From assembly GCA_030674455.1 (NCBI GenBank), contig JAUSGQ010000027.1:18786-82785 (forward strand): 64,000 nucleotides of DNA, written 5' to 3'. The stretch's first letter is position 1. The number at the start of each line of letters is the position of its first letter. The position numbers and the translations under genes are program-made. The DNA is from a bacterium (GTDB lineage Bacteria > Patescibacteriota > Minisyncoccia > Phycocordibacterales > UBA2100). This document shows, one piece after another, positions 35,812 to 46,215 of the stretch. A model generated the notes under the pieces. It saw nothing but the letters and a program-made list of their open reading frames with translations. It had not been told where the DNA came from and did not search any database.

Positions 35812-38040
35812 TTAGTTCTTGGACTGCGGAACCTGCTGTTTTCCAATTTTGTCCGGACGGTGGTTTACGCACGATTTGTTACTACACCGTTCTGGTATTG
35901 TTTTGGTTCCTTGCATCATTAAACTTCCGCACAGCTCGCAGAGTTTGCCTGTTGGCTTTGCTTTAATCGCTGTTTTGCAGTCGGGATAATTCGAGCAGGA
36001 GAAGAAGATGCCGAAGCGGCCGCGCCGCTCTACCATTTCACCTTTCTTGCAGACAGGGCAGGCTACGCCAGTTTTTGTCCGGGCGAGTTCGGCAGGGTCC
36101 TGTTTTACAAATTTGCATTTCGGATAATTGCTGCAGGCGATAAATCTTCCAAACCGCCCCTCGCGCTCTATTAGTTGTCCGTCTTTGCAGTCCGGGCATT
36201 TTTCGCCGATTTCTCTTGGAGGCGCGATTTCGCTGCCGTCCTCTTTTCGCGCGCCGAGGCATTTAGGAAAATTGGCACAGCTCATGAATCGTCCCGTGCG
36301 CGAAAGTTTGTAGACCATTCCGCCTTTGCAGATAGGGCAGGGGAATTCTTTGGGCGCATCGCCCATGTTGGTTATCTTAGCGATTTTATCTTTCCCCTTT
36401 ACCGCCTTGTGGAAAGGCGTGTAAAAACTCTTAAGAGTCTTCGCATACTCGCGCTTGCCGTCCGCTATCTCGTCCAGCTCGTCCTCCATTTCAGCCGTGA
36501 ATGTGTCGCTGATGTACTCCGCAAAATTCTGTTCGATAAAGGAAGAGACGACATCGCCCGTAGGAGTTGGGAGCAGTGTGCGTCCCTGTTTTTCTACGTA
36601 TCCGCGGTCTTCAAGCGTCTTTATAATTGAAGCGTATGTTGATGGTCGTCCGATGCCGCGCTTCTCCAATTCTTTTACGAGTCCTGCTTCGGAATAACGC
36701 CCTGGCGGTTGGGTTTCTTTGCCTTCAGACCGCGCGTCTATTAGTGCAAGCGCATCGTCTTTTGCGACTTTTGGCAGTTCAACATCCTCGCCGCGCGCAT
36801 CCGGGTCTGCGGCAAGCCATCCGTCAAAAATCACGCGTGACCCGTTCGAGGCAAAATCCGGCATTGTCCCGCCGGAGCCTTTGGCGGAGGAGGAGATTTT
36901 AGCATCGGTAATATTTGAAAGTATTCTCGTCCGCAATGTTCGCGCATTTGTCATTTGGCTCGAAAGCGCCCGCGCTCGTATGAGCGCGTACAATTTCTTC
37001 TGGTCATCGTTTGCGCCCGCAGAGAGCTTATGCGCATCGGTCGGGCGGATTGCTTCATGAGCTTCCTGCGCGCTCTTGGATTTAGTTTTGTATTCGCGCG
37101 GAGCAACATATTCCTTTCCGAATTCGCTTTCTGCGACGGAAACAAGATTTGCTTGCGCTTCCTTGGCGAGGTTCGTACTGTCGGTTCGCATGTAAGAAAT
37201 ATGTCCTGCCTCATACAATTTTTGGGCGACTCCCATGGTTCGCGAGGGTGAGAATCCAAGCCTAGTTGATGCCACTTGCTGGAGAGTGGATGTGGTGAAC
37301 GGCGCGCGAGGGCCGCGGGTTTGTTCGGATTCCTCAACGCTTACGACATGCCACTTTCCGCTTTTGGCGGCGCTCAATATATCGTCGGCCTCTTTCTCGG
37401 TTTTAGGTTCTTCGACGCAGGTGGCCGGGAATTGGACGCTCTTTCCTTGAGCGGGCGATAGGTCGGCGGTTATCACCCAGAATTTCTCCGGAACGAATGC
37501 TTTTATCTCACGCTCGCGTTCCATGAGAATTCGAAGCGCGGGAGACTGCACGCGGCCAGCCGAGAGTCCGTAACGTACCTTTTTCCAGATAAGTCCGGAG
37601 AGGTCGTAGCCGAAAAGTCTGTCGAGGACGCGCCGCGCCTCCTGGGCGCGGCGCAGGTTATCGTCTATGAGTCGTGGGTTAGCAAGCGCTTCTTGGACCG
37701 CGTGCTCGGTAATTTCATGAAATACGATTCGTTTAGGTTTCTTCAGCTTTATTGCCTCGGCTAAATGCCACGCTATTGCTTCGCCTTCGCGGTCGGGGTC
37801 TGTTGCCAGAATAACTTCATCGGAGTCTTTAGCGATATCGCGCAGCTCATCAATTATTTTCTGCTTTTCTTTTACGACGACGTAGTTCGGAATAAAGCCG
37901 CCTTCTATATCAATGGCGTCTTTACTGCTTTTCGGCAGGTCGCGGATGTGCCCCACAGATGCGCGCACAACAAAACCTTTACCGAGATATTTCTCGATGG
38001 TTTTTGCTTTCGCCGGTGATTCAACAATAACAAGCTTCAT
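35812..38040 (-). CDS. topA: DNA topoisomerase I
   Basis: 742 aa with a Toprim N-terminus (MKLVIVESPAKAKTIEKYLG), a catalytic Tyr region, and C-terminal zinc-ribbon repeats (CPxC). Confidence 0.9.
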   Translation of the reverse strand: MKLVIVESPAKAKTIEKYLGKGFVVRASVGHIRDLPKSSKDAIDIEGGFIPNYVVVKEKQKIIDELRDIAKDSDEVILATDPDREGEAIAWHLAEAIKLKKPKRIVFHEITEHAVQEALANPRLIDDNLRRAQEARRVLDRLFGYDLSGLIWKKVRYGLSAGRVQSPALRILMEREREIKAFVPEKFWVITADLSPAQGKSVQFPATCVEEPKTEKEADDILSAAKSGKWHVVSVEESEQTRGPRAPFTTSTLQQVASTRLGFSPSRTMGVAQKLYEAGHISYMRTDSTNLAKEAQANLVSVAESEFGKEYVAPREYKTKSKSAQEAHEAIRPTDAHKLSAGANDDQKKLYALIRARALSSQMTNARTLRTRILSNITDAKISSSAKGSGGTMPDFASNGSRVIFDGWLAADPDARGEDVELPKVAKDDALALIDARSEGKETQPPGRYSEAGLVKELEKRGIGRPSTYASIIKTLEDRGYVEKQGRTLLPTPTGDVVSSFIEQNFAEYISDTFTAEMEDELDEIADGKREYAKTLKSFYTPFHKAVKGKDKIAKITNMGDAPKEFPCPICKGGMVYKLSRTGRFMSCANFPKCLGARKEDGSEIAPPREIGEKCPDCKDGQLIEREGRFGRFIACSNYPKCKFVKQDPAELARTKTGVACPVCKKGEMVERRGRFGIFFSCSNYPDCKTAIKAKPTGKLCELCGSLMMQGTKTIPERCSNKSCVNHRPDKIGKQQVPQSKN

Positions 38041-38261
38041 ACCCGGTTAATACAATTTCGAATAATTCCTGCCGTAGGGCAAGCGACAAACGATTTGCAC
38101 GCCATCTGAAGGAATCTTCTTATCGTAGTTTGGTGAATGTTCATACAAGGCAATTCGAAATTGTCCTACCGGGCGTATAAGTACGCATTGATATCCCAAT
38201 AGACTACCACGTGTCAAGCCGGTTCAATCGCGGCCATGAGGTCAATAGCGAAAAGTACACT

Positions 38262-38301
38262 AATTGTACATATGTACAGTTAGTGTACTTTCATTTGAAG
38301 G
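38262..38301. repeat. 40-nt palindrome AAAGTACACTAATTGTACATATGTACAGTTAGTGTACTTT
   Basis: Lies between dprA and topA on the minus strand. 12-bp outer arms plus an inner TGTACATATGTACA palindrome. Confidence 0.75.
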
Positions 38302-38308
38302 AAACTGT

Positions 38309-39181
38309 TTAGAGAGCTCTCACTACGCCAAGTTCTTCAACGATTAACCCCTTGATTTCCATCGTCGAAAGGAGAATGTTCGCATCTGATATCGGCAGTT
38401 CGAGCGCTTCCATGAGTTCGTCGCGCGGGCAAGGATTCGCAATGATTTGAAGCACGCGCGCCTCATTTTCAGAAATATCCGTGCGTACCTTCTTTGCGCC
38501 CTCATCGTACACAATTCCAAGCGCACGCAGGATATCTTCCGAACTCGTGACGGGAGTCGCGCCGAGCTTTAAGAATTGGTGGGTTCCTCGGCTTTCCGGG
38601 CTGAAAATCGAGCCTGGGACAACTAGCAACTCTCTGTTGTATTCAGCAGTCAGGCGCGCGGTGATGAGCGAGCCGGAGCGCTCTTTGGCCTCAATCATAA
38701 GCGTGGCTTGGCAGAGGCCTGTCATTATTCTGTTGCGCTGGGGAAAGGTGTAATCAGCCGCTTTTAAGTCGGGCTCGAATTCAGAAAGAAGCGCTCCGCC
38801 AGATTTTACGATTTCGCGGGCGAGCGACACATTTGCCCGCGGGTACACGACGTCCCAATCAAGTCCGGAACCGGGGACCGCTACCGTGAGGAGGCCGGCT
38901 TCGAGAGCCGCTTTATGCGCGGCGGCATCGACGCCAAAAGCGAGACCGGAGACGATGACGATAGGATATCCGCGCAGTCCGCCGATCAAATGTTCGCACG
39001 CTTGCCGCCCGTAGCTCGTCATCGCGCGCGAGCCGACGACCGCGAGCCAGTGTAAATCGGTACTCGGCAATTGTCCGCGCACATAGAGCTTCTTCGGCGG
39101 GTCGGGAATTTCTTTAAGCAGAGGTGGGAAGTCCTCCGGTTTTAGAATCGAAATATCTGACATTAAGTCTAATTCTAACAT
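38309..39181 (-). CDS. dprA: DNA processing protein DprA (Smf)
   Basis: LAVVGSRAMTSYGRQACEHL...VIVSGLAFGVDAAAHKAAL Rossmann region typical of DprA. Confidence 0.8.
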   Translation of the reverse strand: MLELDLMSDISILKPEDFPPLLKEIPDPPKKLYVRGQLPSTDLHWLAVVGSRAMTSYGRQACEHLIGGLRGYPIVIVSGLAFGVDAAAHKAALEAGLLTVAVPGSGLDWDVVYPRANVSLAREIVKSGGALLSEFEPDLKAADYTFPQRNRIMTGLCQATLMIEAKERSGSLITARLTAEYNRELLVVPGSIFSPESRGTHQFLKLGATPVTSSEDILRALGIVYDEGAKKVRTDISENEARVLQIIANPCPRDELMEALELPISDANILLSTMEIKGLIVEELGVVRAL

Positions 39182-39668
39182 TTAAAAAAGTAACCTGGCC
39201 CTCGACGTAGAGAGACAGGTTACTTCGCATGACGGTACAGCGGGCAGGGCGTTCCGTTCAGCCGAGCGAGCGCGGGTAACCGCGCTCCTCCCTCCAATTG
39301 CGTAAGGAGTGAATCGCCTGGCAAGCAAGGCCAAGTGATACAGGGATCGCGGACACCTCCAGTAGGAGGCGACCTGTCGGAAGACGTGACGTTGCGGCAA
39401 AATAAATCCCAGCGTATATCAACGTCACGAAAATAAGCGCCCCGACTACGAAACAGCGAGAAAATGATTTCATGCTAATCTCCCAGTGAAAGAGCAAAAG
39501 CTATCCGGCCGGTAAGCCAGACAATGGCTTTCCGCTCCGTGCCGGTATGAGAGCACAGAGAGATAGTTGTCAAAAAGAAATTTCCGAGGAGACACCTTGC
39601 ACATGCCAAGGAGTCACCTCGAAAATCTGCGTCAATCTGCGTGAGTTTCGCGTCAATCTGCGAGCTTG

Positions 39669-41090
39669 CTACGAAACCAAGAAATTATTGAATTGCCAGG
39701 GGTCTTTCAGGTCGAGTTTCTCCGGGAAAAGTTCGCCCCGATGCGCGAGTGGAGTCCAATCGGTGTATTCCGCGAGCATCGTTCCAAGATACGGGCGCGC
39801 GGCTTCCATTACTACGTGGTGGTCAAGCTCTTCCGAGTCTACGATGCCCGCGTTTGGATTTCGTATGGTCCAAATCATTGCGCCCAAAATACCGGCTGCA
39901 ACCTGCAGACCGGTCGCGTTGTTGTAGGGAACAAGCGCGCGCGCCTCATCTATTGAGAGGCGAGAACCGTACCACATCGCATTCTTTTTGTGTCCCATGA
40001 GAAGCACTCCGAGTTCATCTACACCGCCCGGAAGAATTTCATTACTTATGAGCCGTGAAATATTCTGCAGTGTGCCGCCGCGTTCGGCAGTCTCAATAAG
40101 AGAGAGCACCGCGCCATCGCACGGGTGATAGGCATAGTGGACAGTCGGTCGATAGACTACGCGCCCACCATCTTTGATGGTTAGGTAATCGGCAATTGAT
40201 ATGGATTCATTGTGTGTGATGACCCAACCATATTGAGGGCCGGAAATAGGCGTCCAACTGCGCACTTGCGTCGCGAGACCCGGCTGTTCCAGATAGATTG
40301 CCGCCTTGCATCCGAAATCGTGTTTCCGTCCTTTCTCCGGCAAGTGCTTTTCGTGCGTGCCCCAGCCCATTTCCGACGGCTGACATCCTTCGGAATAAAA
40401 GCCGTCGACGGACCAGGTATTAACGAACTCGTCCATTTTCTTCGGCTTCTTGGGTGCTTGCGTGTCGCGTTCTGCAATGTGGATGACTTTGATGCCAAGT
40501 TGTTGCGCAAGCTTTGCCCACTCATCGCGCGTTTTAGGTTCGGTAATTTTCTCTCCGGTATCTTTTGCAATCATCAATAGCGCCTCTTTGACGAAGTGGG
40601 AAACGAGTCCGGGGTTGGCACCATGTGCGACGACGGCGGTCGGGCGCGGGCCAGAAATTGGCAAGTTGCGCAGTGCAAGGGCTTGTTCGCGGAGCGCGTA
40701 GTTTGAACGTTCCGACATGGAAAGCGATGCGTCGGTGTAATAGCCCGCCCACGGCTCGACGACAGTGTCCAAGTACATGATTCCTTCTTTCTGACAGAGC
40801 GTAATGATGTCGGTGGAGGAAACATTGACAGAGACATTGCAAAGGAAATCTCCGCGTCCGATGTGCGAGAGGATTATCCGCTCATAGTTGTCGGGAGTGA
40901 GGGGCTCCAGAATGAATCGAACGCCGAACTCTTTTGCGACAGAGCGGCCGCGCTTGTCGGCGGTGACAATAGTAATTTTTTCAGGCGGCACCGTGAGATG
41001 CCTTAAGAGAAGCGGAAGGACTCCTTGCCCGATACTTCCAAAACCGACAATCAGAATTTTTCCGTTAAATTTTTGCTGTTTCAGGTTCAA
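39669..41090 (-). CDS. Saccharopine dehydrogenase-family / homospermidine synthase-like protein
   Basis: N-terminal NAD(P) fold KILIVGFGSIGQGVLPLL. About 470 aa, typical of bacterial homospermidine synthase. Confidence 0.55.
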   Translation of the reverse strand: MNLKQQKFNGKILIVGFGSIGQGVLPLLLRHLTVPPEKITIVTADKRGRSVAKEFGVRFILEPLTPDNYERIILSHIGRGDFLCNVSVNVSSTDIITLCQKEGIMYLDTVVEPWAGYYTDASLSMSERSNYALREQALALRNLPISGPRPTAVVAHGANPGLVSHFVKEALLMIAKDTGEKITEPKTRDEWAKLAQQLGIKVIHIAERDTQAPKKPKKMDEFVNTWSVDGFYSEGCQPSEMGWGTHEKHLPEKGRKHDFGCKAAIYLEQPGLATQVRSWTPISGPQYGWVITHNESISIADYLTIKDGGRVVYRPTVHYAYHPCDGAVLSLIETAERGGTLQNISRLISNEILPGGVDELGVLLMGHKKNAMWYGSRLSIDEARALVPYNNATGLQVAAGILGAMIWTIRNPNAGIVDSEELDHHVVMEAARPYLGTMLAEYTDWTPLAHRGELFPEKLDLKDPWQFNNFLVS

Positions 41091-41197
41091 TTTGGTTTCT
41101 TCCGGTTATTTATTTTTTCTTGTAGATACTATTGGTATACAGGAAATAATTTTGAAGTCAATACAATTTTACGAAAATATTGTGTGGATATCTGAAA

Positions 41198-41247
41198 ATG
41201 CCCGAGGTCTCTCCTCGAGAATTTTGCATTTGAGGTGAGACCTCGGG
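41198..41247. repeat. Second copy of the long hairpin element (GCCCGAGGTCTCTCCTCGAGAATTTTGCATTTGAGGTGAGACCTCGGGC)
   Basis: About 85% identical to 10765-10811, in a divergent promoter region. Confidence 0.7.
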
Positions 41248-41384
41248 CATTTCACATTGTGTATATGTGAGTTTGACTTCGGCCTCTGGTTTTGTATTGT
41301 TCGAAAGGGTTAGGTTTGGGCGACGTGCCCATGCAGTACAGGACTGGAGGCGCAAGTCTCTATTCCCTTTGACAGGAGTAAATC

Positions 41385-41855
41385 ATGAATTGGGGCTTGG
41401 GATTAATTTCATTGTTGTTGGCGGCATTCGTCTCTTGGCATGTGTCGGAATTAGTAACACTGGCCGTTGAGGAGCTGAGCAGTGGGGCTGGACGTCGCGA
41501 TTTCGCGAAAGTGTTTAAAACGACGCCCGGACTGCAAGTCAGCATTCCGGTAATTATCATCGCCGCACTGGCAACTTGGGGAGCCAGTGCATTTGTAAAC
41601 TGGGCGACGGGCTATTGGTACGCATTCCTCTTGGTTTTTAGCGCAACGTTTGCAGTTTATATTTACAAGATGTTGCGGAACCATGGCTGGTCAATAGGCA
41701 GTCTCTTATCTGGAATTGGTGCAGGAATTCTTGGCTACTACACTCCGTCAGCCTATGCCTGGCTGGGAATTGAACAGCCGACAATCTGGGCAGTAGGCAC
41801 AGCAATTGTTCTAATTTGTATTGTACTGGTTTGGGATGATCTGCGGCATCCCTAA
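41385..41855 (+). CDS. Hypothetical membrane protein
   Basis: 156 aa with about 4 TM helices and an AGGAG ribosome-binding site. Confidence 0.45.
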   Translation: MNWGLGLISLLLAAFVSWHVSELVTLAVEELSSGAGRRDFAKVFKTTPGLQVSIPVIIIAALATWGASAFVNWATGYWYAFLLVFSATFAVYIYKMLRNHGWSIGSLLSGIGAGILGYYTPSAYAWLGIEQPTIWAVGTAIVLICIVLVWDDLRHP

Positions 41856-42087
41856 AGCCGCAGAGATGGAGGTCGCCACAAACTGGCCACCGTGTTCATC
41901 TCGGCGGCTTTCATCTTTATATGCCTATTCCGCACCTCGGATTTCGTGTGATATTATTGGCACAGTCAGTAGAAAGTAGAAGCGGCTCCCGAGGAGACAC
42001 CTCCCCCTTTGGGTGAGGAGTCACCTCTTGTCTTGTGATCAATGATTTCACTACTGACTACTAACTACGGACTACTAACTATTTTGT

Positions 42088-43362
42088 ATGCTAGACATTA
42101 AGTTTATCCGAGAAAACAAAGATATCGTCATCGCGGGTGCAAAAAAGAAGCGCATTACTGTTGATATCGACGCGCTGCTCGCTTTGGACGACAAGCGCCG
42201 CGTTCTGCAGGCCTCAATAGACGAGAAGCGCGCCGAGCAAAATATTGCTTCAAAGGCGATTGCTTCGGCCAAAGAAGAGGAAGAGCGGCAGGAAGTAATC
42301 AGTAAGATGCAGACGCTGAAAGAGATTCTCCGCAAAGATGAGGAATCTCTGCAGGAAGTAATGAAGGAATGGCGCGCGCTCATGGTCACGGTTCCCAATG
42401 TTCCGGATATGTCGGTGCCGGATGGAGAATCGGACAAAGACAATAAAGAGGTAAAGAAGTGGGGAGAGATACCGGCGTTCGGATTCGAGCCCAAGTCTCA
42501 CGTCGAACTGTTGCTTTCAAACGGCATGGCGGATTACGAGCGCGGTTCCAAAGTCGCTGGCTTCCGCGGATATTTTTTGAAGAATGACGGCGCGCGGCTT
42601 GTGTGGGCGCTCAATCGTTTTGTGGAAGAGCGATTCATGAATAAATCCGGCTTCACTCCTCTCATCGTCCCGTCGCTTGTTCGCCGCGAACCGTTCATGG
42701 GTACAGGATATCTGCCGCAAAGCGAGGAAGATTTGTATAAAACGCAGGACGGCGATTATCTTGCCGGAACTGCAGAAGTCGGCTCGATGGCGTACTACAT
42801 GGACGAGATTTTGGAAAAGAAAGATTTGCCGATTAAATTCTTCGCTTTTTCTCCGTGTTTCCGCAGGGAAGCCGGAAGCTACGGCAAAGACACCAAGGGA
42901 ATCTTTCGCATACACGAATTTGTGAAATACGAACAGGTCGTTTTATGCGAGGCGAGCCACGAGGAGTCGGTGAAATACCATGAGGAACTGACGGCGAACT
43001 CGGAAGCTCTATTGCAGGAATTAAAATTGCCGTACCGCGTCGTCATCAATTGCGGCGCCGACTTGGGGCTGGGCCAGGTCAAGAAATATGACATCGAGGC
43101 ATGGTTGCCCTCGGAAAAACAGTATCGCGAAACGCATTCATCTTCTTACTTTCATGATTTTCAGACACGGCGGCTTAATATCCGCTATCGCGATGAGAAT
43201 GGCGTCGTGCGTTACGTCCATTCCCTCAACAACACAGCGCTTGCCATGCCTCGAATATTGACGCAGATTGCAGAAAACTATCAGCGGGCGGATGGCACGA
43301 TTTCCGTTCCCGAAGCGCTACAGGGGTATATGGGCAAGGATGTGATGGGACGGGTACAATAG
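42088..43362 (+). CDS. serS: Seryl-tRNA synthetase
   Basis: N-terminal coiled coil and a class II core (FRREAGS, GLGQV...). Confidence 0.9.
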   Translation: MLDIKFIRENKDIVIAGAKKKRITVDIDALLALDDKRRVLQASIDEKRAEQNIASKAIASAKEEEERQEVISKMQTLKEILRKDEESLQEVMKEWRALMVTVPNVPDMSVPDGESDKDNKEVKKWGEIPAFGFEPKSHVELLLSNGMADYERGSKVAGFRGYFLKNDGARLVWALNRFVEERFMNKSGFTPLIVPSLVRREPFMGTGYLPQSEEDLYKTQDGDYLAGTAEVGSMAYYMDEILEKKDLPIKFFAFSPCFRREAGSYGKDTKGIFRIHEFVKYEQVVLCEASHEESVKYHEELTANSEALLQELKLPYRVVINCGADLGLGQVKKYDIEAWLPSEKQYRETHSSSYFHDFQTRRLNIRYRDENGVVRYVHSLNNTALAMPRILTQIAENYQRADGTISVPEALQGYMGKDVMGRVQ

Positions 43363-43366
43363 ATAG

Positions 43367-44260
43367 ATGTCAAATGGAGAGCGAAAGCATGGGCACGGAT
43401 TGATTGACCTGCGAAAACGTAGGGCTGGCGAGCAGGCTCGCGCGGCGCGCGCGCGCGCGCAGGCATCACTCCCGCTCAACCGCAGAACATCATTGCGAGT
43501 TCGCCGGCGAAAATTGCAGGCGCTCTTGGTACTCGCTTTTGTTGTCGCGGCTGTGGGCGCCTCGTATGGGATAAGCGAACTTTCTTATCTTTCTCGATAT
43601 TCCATCAGAGAAGTGAAGGTGAAAGGGACAGAAAATGTCTCGCCGCGGCTTGTGCAGGCATACGTGGAGACAAAGCTCAATAACGGAACCCGCCCGATAA
43701 TTTCGCGCGATAATATCTTCCTCTACCCCAAGGCAGACATAGCACAAAGCATACAGAATTATTTCCCGCGCATTCTTTCAGCCGATATTTCGCGCGAATC
43801 GCTTCTGGCGCAGGCAATTACTGTTTCAGTGACGGAGCGAAAACTATTTGCTCTGTGGTGTTCCGAAAAAGAATTGTGTTTTGAGATGGATGACACAGGG
43901 TTTATTTTTGCAGAATCTTCGACCACGACTTCTGGCATTGTATTTAAAGGCGGGCTCGCAACCAGCTCTGCTCCAATCGGACAAACATTTTTTCCCGGTC
44001 ATTTTTCGAATATTCTCGCTTTTCTATCACGGCTCAAGGATTCCGGGTTTTCGGTAGTCGGTGTGGCAATAGAGAACGAGCAGGATTTCATGCTGACTCT
44101 CTCGAAGGGATTCGATGTGCGAAGCACTATTGAACAAGACGCGAACACGATTGTGCGCAATCTCCAGACGGTGTTGATGTCGCAGTCTCTATCGAGGGAA
44201 GACAAAATTGAATACATCGACCTTCGGTTCGGTAATAGGGTGTACTATAAAAATAGGTGA
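43367..44260 (+). CDS. Cell division protein FtsQ/DivIB-like (TM + POTRA)
   Basis: TM (LLVLAFVVAAVGASYGI), then IREVKVKGTENVSPRLV...ITVSVTERKLFALW resembling the POTRA/FtsQ pattern. Confidence 0.5.
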   Translation: MSNGERKHGHGLIDLRKRRAGEQARAARARAQASLPLNRRTSLRVRRRKLQALLVLAFVVAAVGASYGISELSYLSRYSIREVKVKGTENVSPRLVQAYVETKLNNGTRPIISRDNIFLYPKADIAQSIQNYFPRILSADISRESLLAQAITVSVTERKLFALWCSEKELCFEMDDTGFIFAESSTTTSGIVFKGGLATSSAPIGQTFFPGHFSNILAFLSRLKDSGFSVVGVAIENEQDFMLTLSKGFDVRSTIEQDANTIVRNLQTVLMSQSLSREDKIEYIDLRFGNRVYYKNR

Positions 44261-45041
44261 TAGGCGATTTTTTCGTTGGTAATCCAACGAGCAAAAATCG
44301 TGTCGAAAACCAGGAGGTTTTCGACCAGAAACTCGGTGTATTGCCAAGGGGCACCCTTGCCACAAATCGCAGTCCAGCGTAGCGATAGCGTAGTCGGGTA
44401 ATAGGAAAAAGGCCGAAACAAATTTGACGCTCATCTCATATTCCTTTACTGCATTCCACAAACTCTCACGGTCGTGAGGGTTTGTGGAATGCGTATCTTT
44501 TAGCAGTCTGACTGCTAGGAGTGAGTCTATAAAAAGACGGACCCCAGCAAGGCGGTTCGCCTTGCTGGGTTAATCAATGCCGCGCCAAATGTCGCCCTGG
44601 ACGAATCTGGCTTCTAGCCAGCGTCTGAGTGATTGTTGGCGCCACCGAAGCGATGAGTATGCCCATCCTCGAGAATCTGTATCGCCCCTCAAGAAACCTA
44701 TGCTCATGTCGAGCAAGAATTCGATTTCCATCAAAGCTGGAACAGGATGGTGCCTTGCCCCATTTTCTGCGGCCCCAAGATAAGCCTCCGAGGCCTGCAA
44801 GGCGCTCATGTTCGCGACACAGATGCTTTTCGGCACCCTTATCGCGATAGACCAACTAATAAGACCAAAAATGAACCCAAATACAATCAGGGTTTGCATA
44901 GAAGCATCCTCCATAAAATTACCGTCGAGTACCGTCTCAACGGGTAAATCAATGTTCAATAGCAACCAAAAGGCAATATCGCAAATCAGAGAGAGAGAGA
45001 GTCAATTGTCAGTCTGTTCCGTGTAGGCGATTGGAACTAGG

Positions 45042-45087
45042 ATTCTGGCAGTCAGACTGCTAAATTTAGCAGTCTGACTGCCAGAAT
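45042..45087. repeat. 46-bp palindrome ATTCTGGCAGTCAGACTGCTA-aatt-TAGCAGTCTGACTGCCAGAAT
   Basis: 21-bp perfect arms. Related GCAGTCTGACTGC palindromes at 44501-44517 and 46163-46185. Confidence 0.8.
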
Positions 45088-45125
45088 GTCTGCCTAGAAG
45101 CTGTGTTTGATGGTATTGTGCTCCG

Positions 45126-46202
45126 ATGAAGAATTTTTGGACGAAATTGCCTAAACCTTTTTTTGCACTCGCTCCCATGGAGGATGTTACCGACGCGGCA
45201 TTTCGGCGGCTCATTGCACGTTATGGCAAGCCGGATGTGATGTTCACGGAATTTACATCAGCGGATGGGTTATTTTTTGCGAACCCCGTTAGAAGTCGCG
45301 CCCGCGCTAGCGCGCCCGAAGGGCCTTTGGGGCGGGCACATCGAGTAGGGATGTGCACCTGTAGACGGGCTATTTCTAACGGGGCAGGCAGGTCTGGGTG
45401 GGAGAAGTTACAAAAGAAGTTACTGTTCTCGGACGAGGAGAGGCCGATTGTCGCTCAATTATTTACGGCCTCGCCGGAGCGGATGAAAAAAGCTGCCGAG
45501 ATGGTTGCAAAGCTGGGATTCGACGGGATAGACATCAACATGGGATGCCCCGACAGGGCAGTCGAAAAATCTGGATGCGGCGCGGCGCTGATGAAGAATC
45601 CGAAACTCGCGTGCGAGCTTATTCGCGCGGCAGGTGAGACTGGCTTGCCAGTGTCGGTAAAAACCAGAACAGGTTATTTAATCGATGAACTGGAGACGTG
45701 GCTTCCGGAATTGCTTGCGGAAAATCTCTCTGCCGTAACAATTCACGCGCGCACGAGAAAAGAAATGTCGGATGTACCGGCGCGCTGGGAGACGATAGCG
45801 CAGGCCGTAGAAATTCGCGACTCCCTGAAATCAAAAACGCTCATAATCGGCAATGGCGATGTGCGCGACCTCGCGGAAGCGCGCGAGAAAGCAGAAATGT
45901 CCGGCTGTGATGGTGTAATGCTAGGCCGCGCAATTTTTGGGAACCCTTTTTTATTCCAACATTCTCAAGAATGTTGGAATGTCAGGGAAGCGAAACTGAA
46001 GGCACTTGCGGAACATTTGAAGTTGTTTCAGGAGTTGCTTGCGGAAACGTCGAGCTACGCCACTATGAAAAAGCACTTTGCTACGTATGTAAAAGGATGG
46101 TCAGGAGCTAAAGAACTTCGCATGAAGCTGATGGAGACTAATAATGTTACGGAAGCACTTTCTGTCTTTGGCAGTCTGACTGCCAAAGAACTAAGACAGT
46201 AA
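45126..46202 (+). CDS. tRNA-dihydrouridine synthase (Dus family) carrying an in-frame ~34-aa insertion
   Basis: Dus motifs LAPMEDVTDAAFRRL and DINMGCP. An extra Arg/Gly/Ala-rich low-complexity 34-aa segment is encoded by the TIR-bounded insertion. Confidence 0.75.
   Translation: MKNFWTKLPKPFFALAPMEDVTDAAFRRLIARYGKPDVMFTEFTSADGLFFANPVRSRARASAPEGPLGRAHRVGMCTCRRAISNGAGRSGWEKLQKKLLFSDEERPIVAQLFTASPERMKKAAEMVAKLGFDGIDINMGCPDRAVEKSGCGAALMKNPKLACELIRAAGETGLPVSVKTRTGYLIDELETWLPELLAENLSAVTIHARTRKEMSDVPARWETIAQAVEIRDSLKSKTLIIGNGDVRDLAEAREKAEMSGCDGVMLGRAIFGNPFLFQHSQECWNVREAKLKALAEHLKLFQELLAETSSYATMKKHFATYVKGWSGAKELRMKLMETNNVTEALSVFGSLTAKELRQ
45283..45384. mobile_element. About 102-bp element with 11-bp terminal inverted repeats (CCCCGTTAGAA...TTCTAACGGGG) inserted in frame in dus
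   Basis: TIRs at 45284-45294 and 45374-45384. The interior is GC-rich, has hairpins and a CACCTGTAGACGG fragment of the dispersed motif. The inserted block has no stop codon. Confidence 0.55.
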
Positions 46203-46215
46203 TGATGTTTCTCTC

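Noticed and set aside
44261-45125. tmRNA, RNase P RNA or SRP RNA in the long ftsQ-dus spacer
   Set aside because: No tRNA-like 3' end (GGTTCGATTCC..CCA), RNase P P4 or SRP domain IV consensus was recognisable by eye. Left as an unresolved possible ncRNA.
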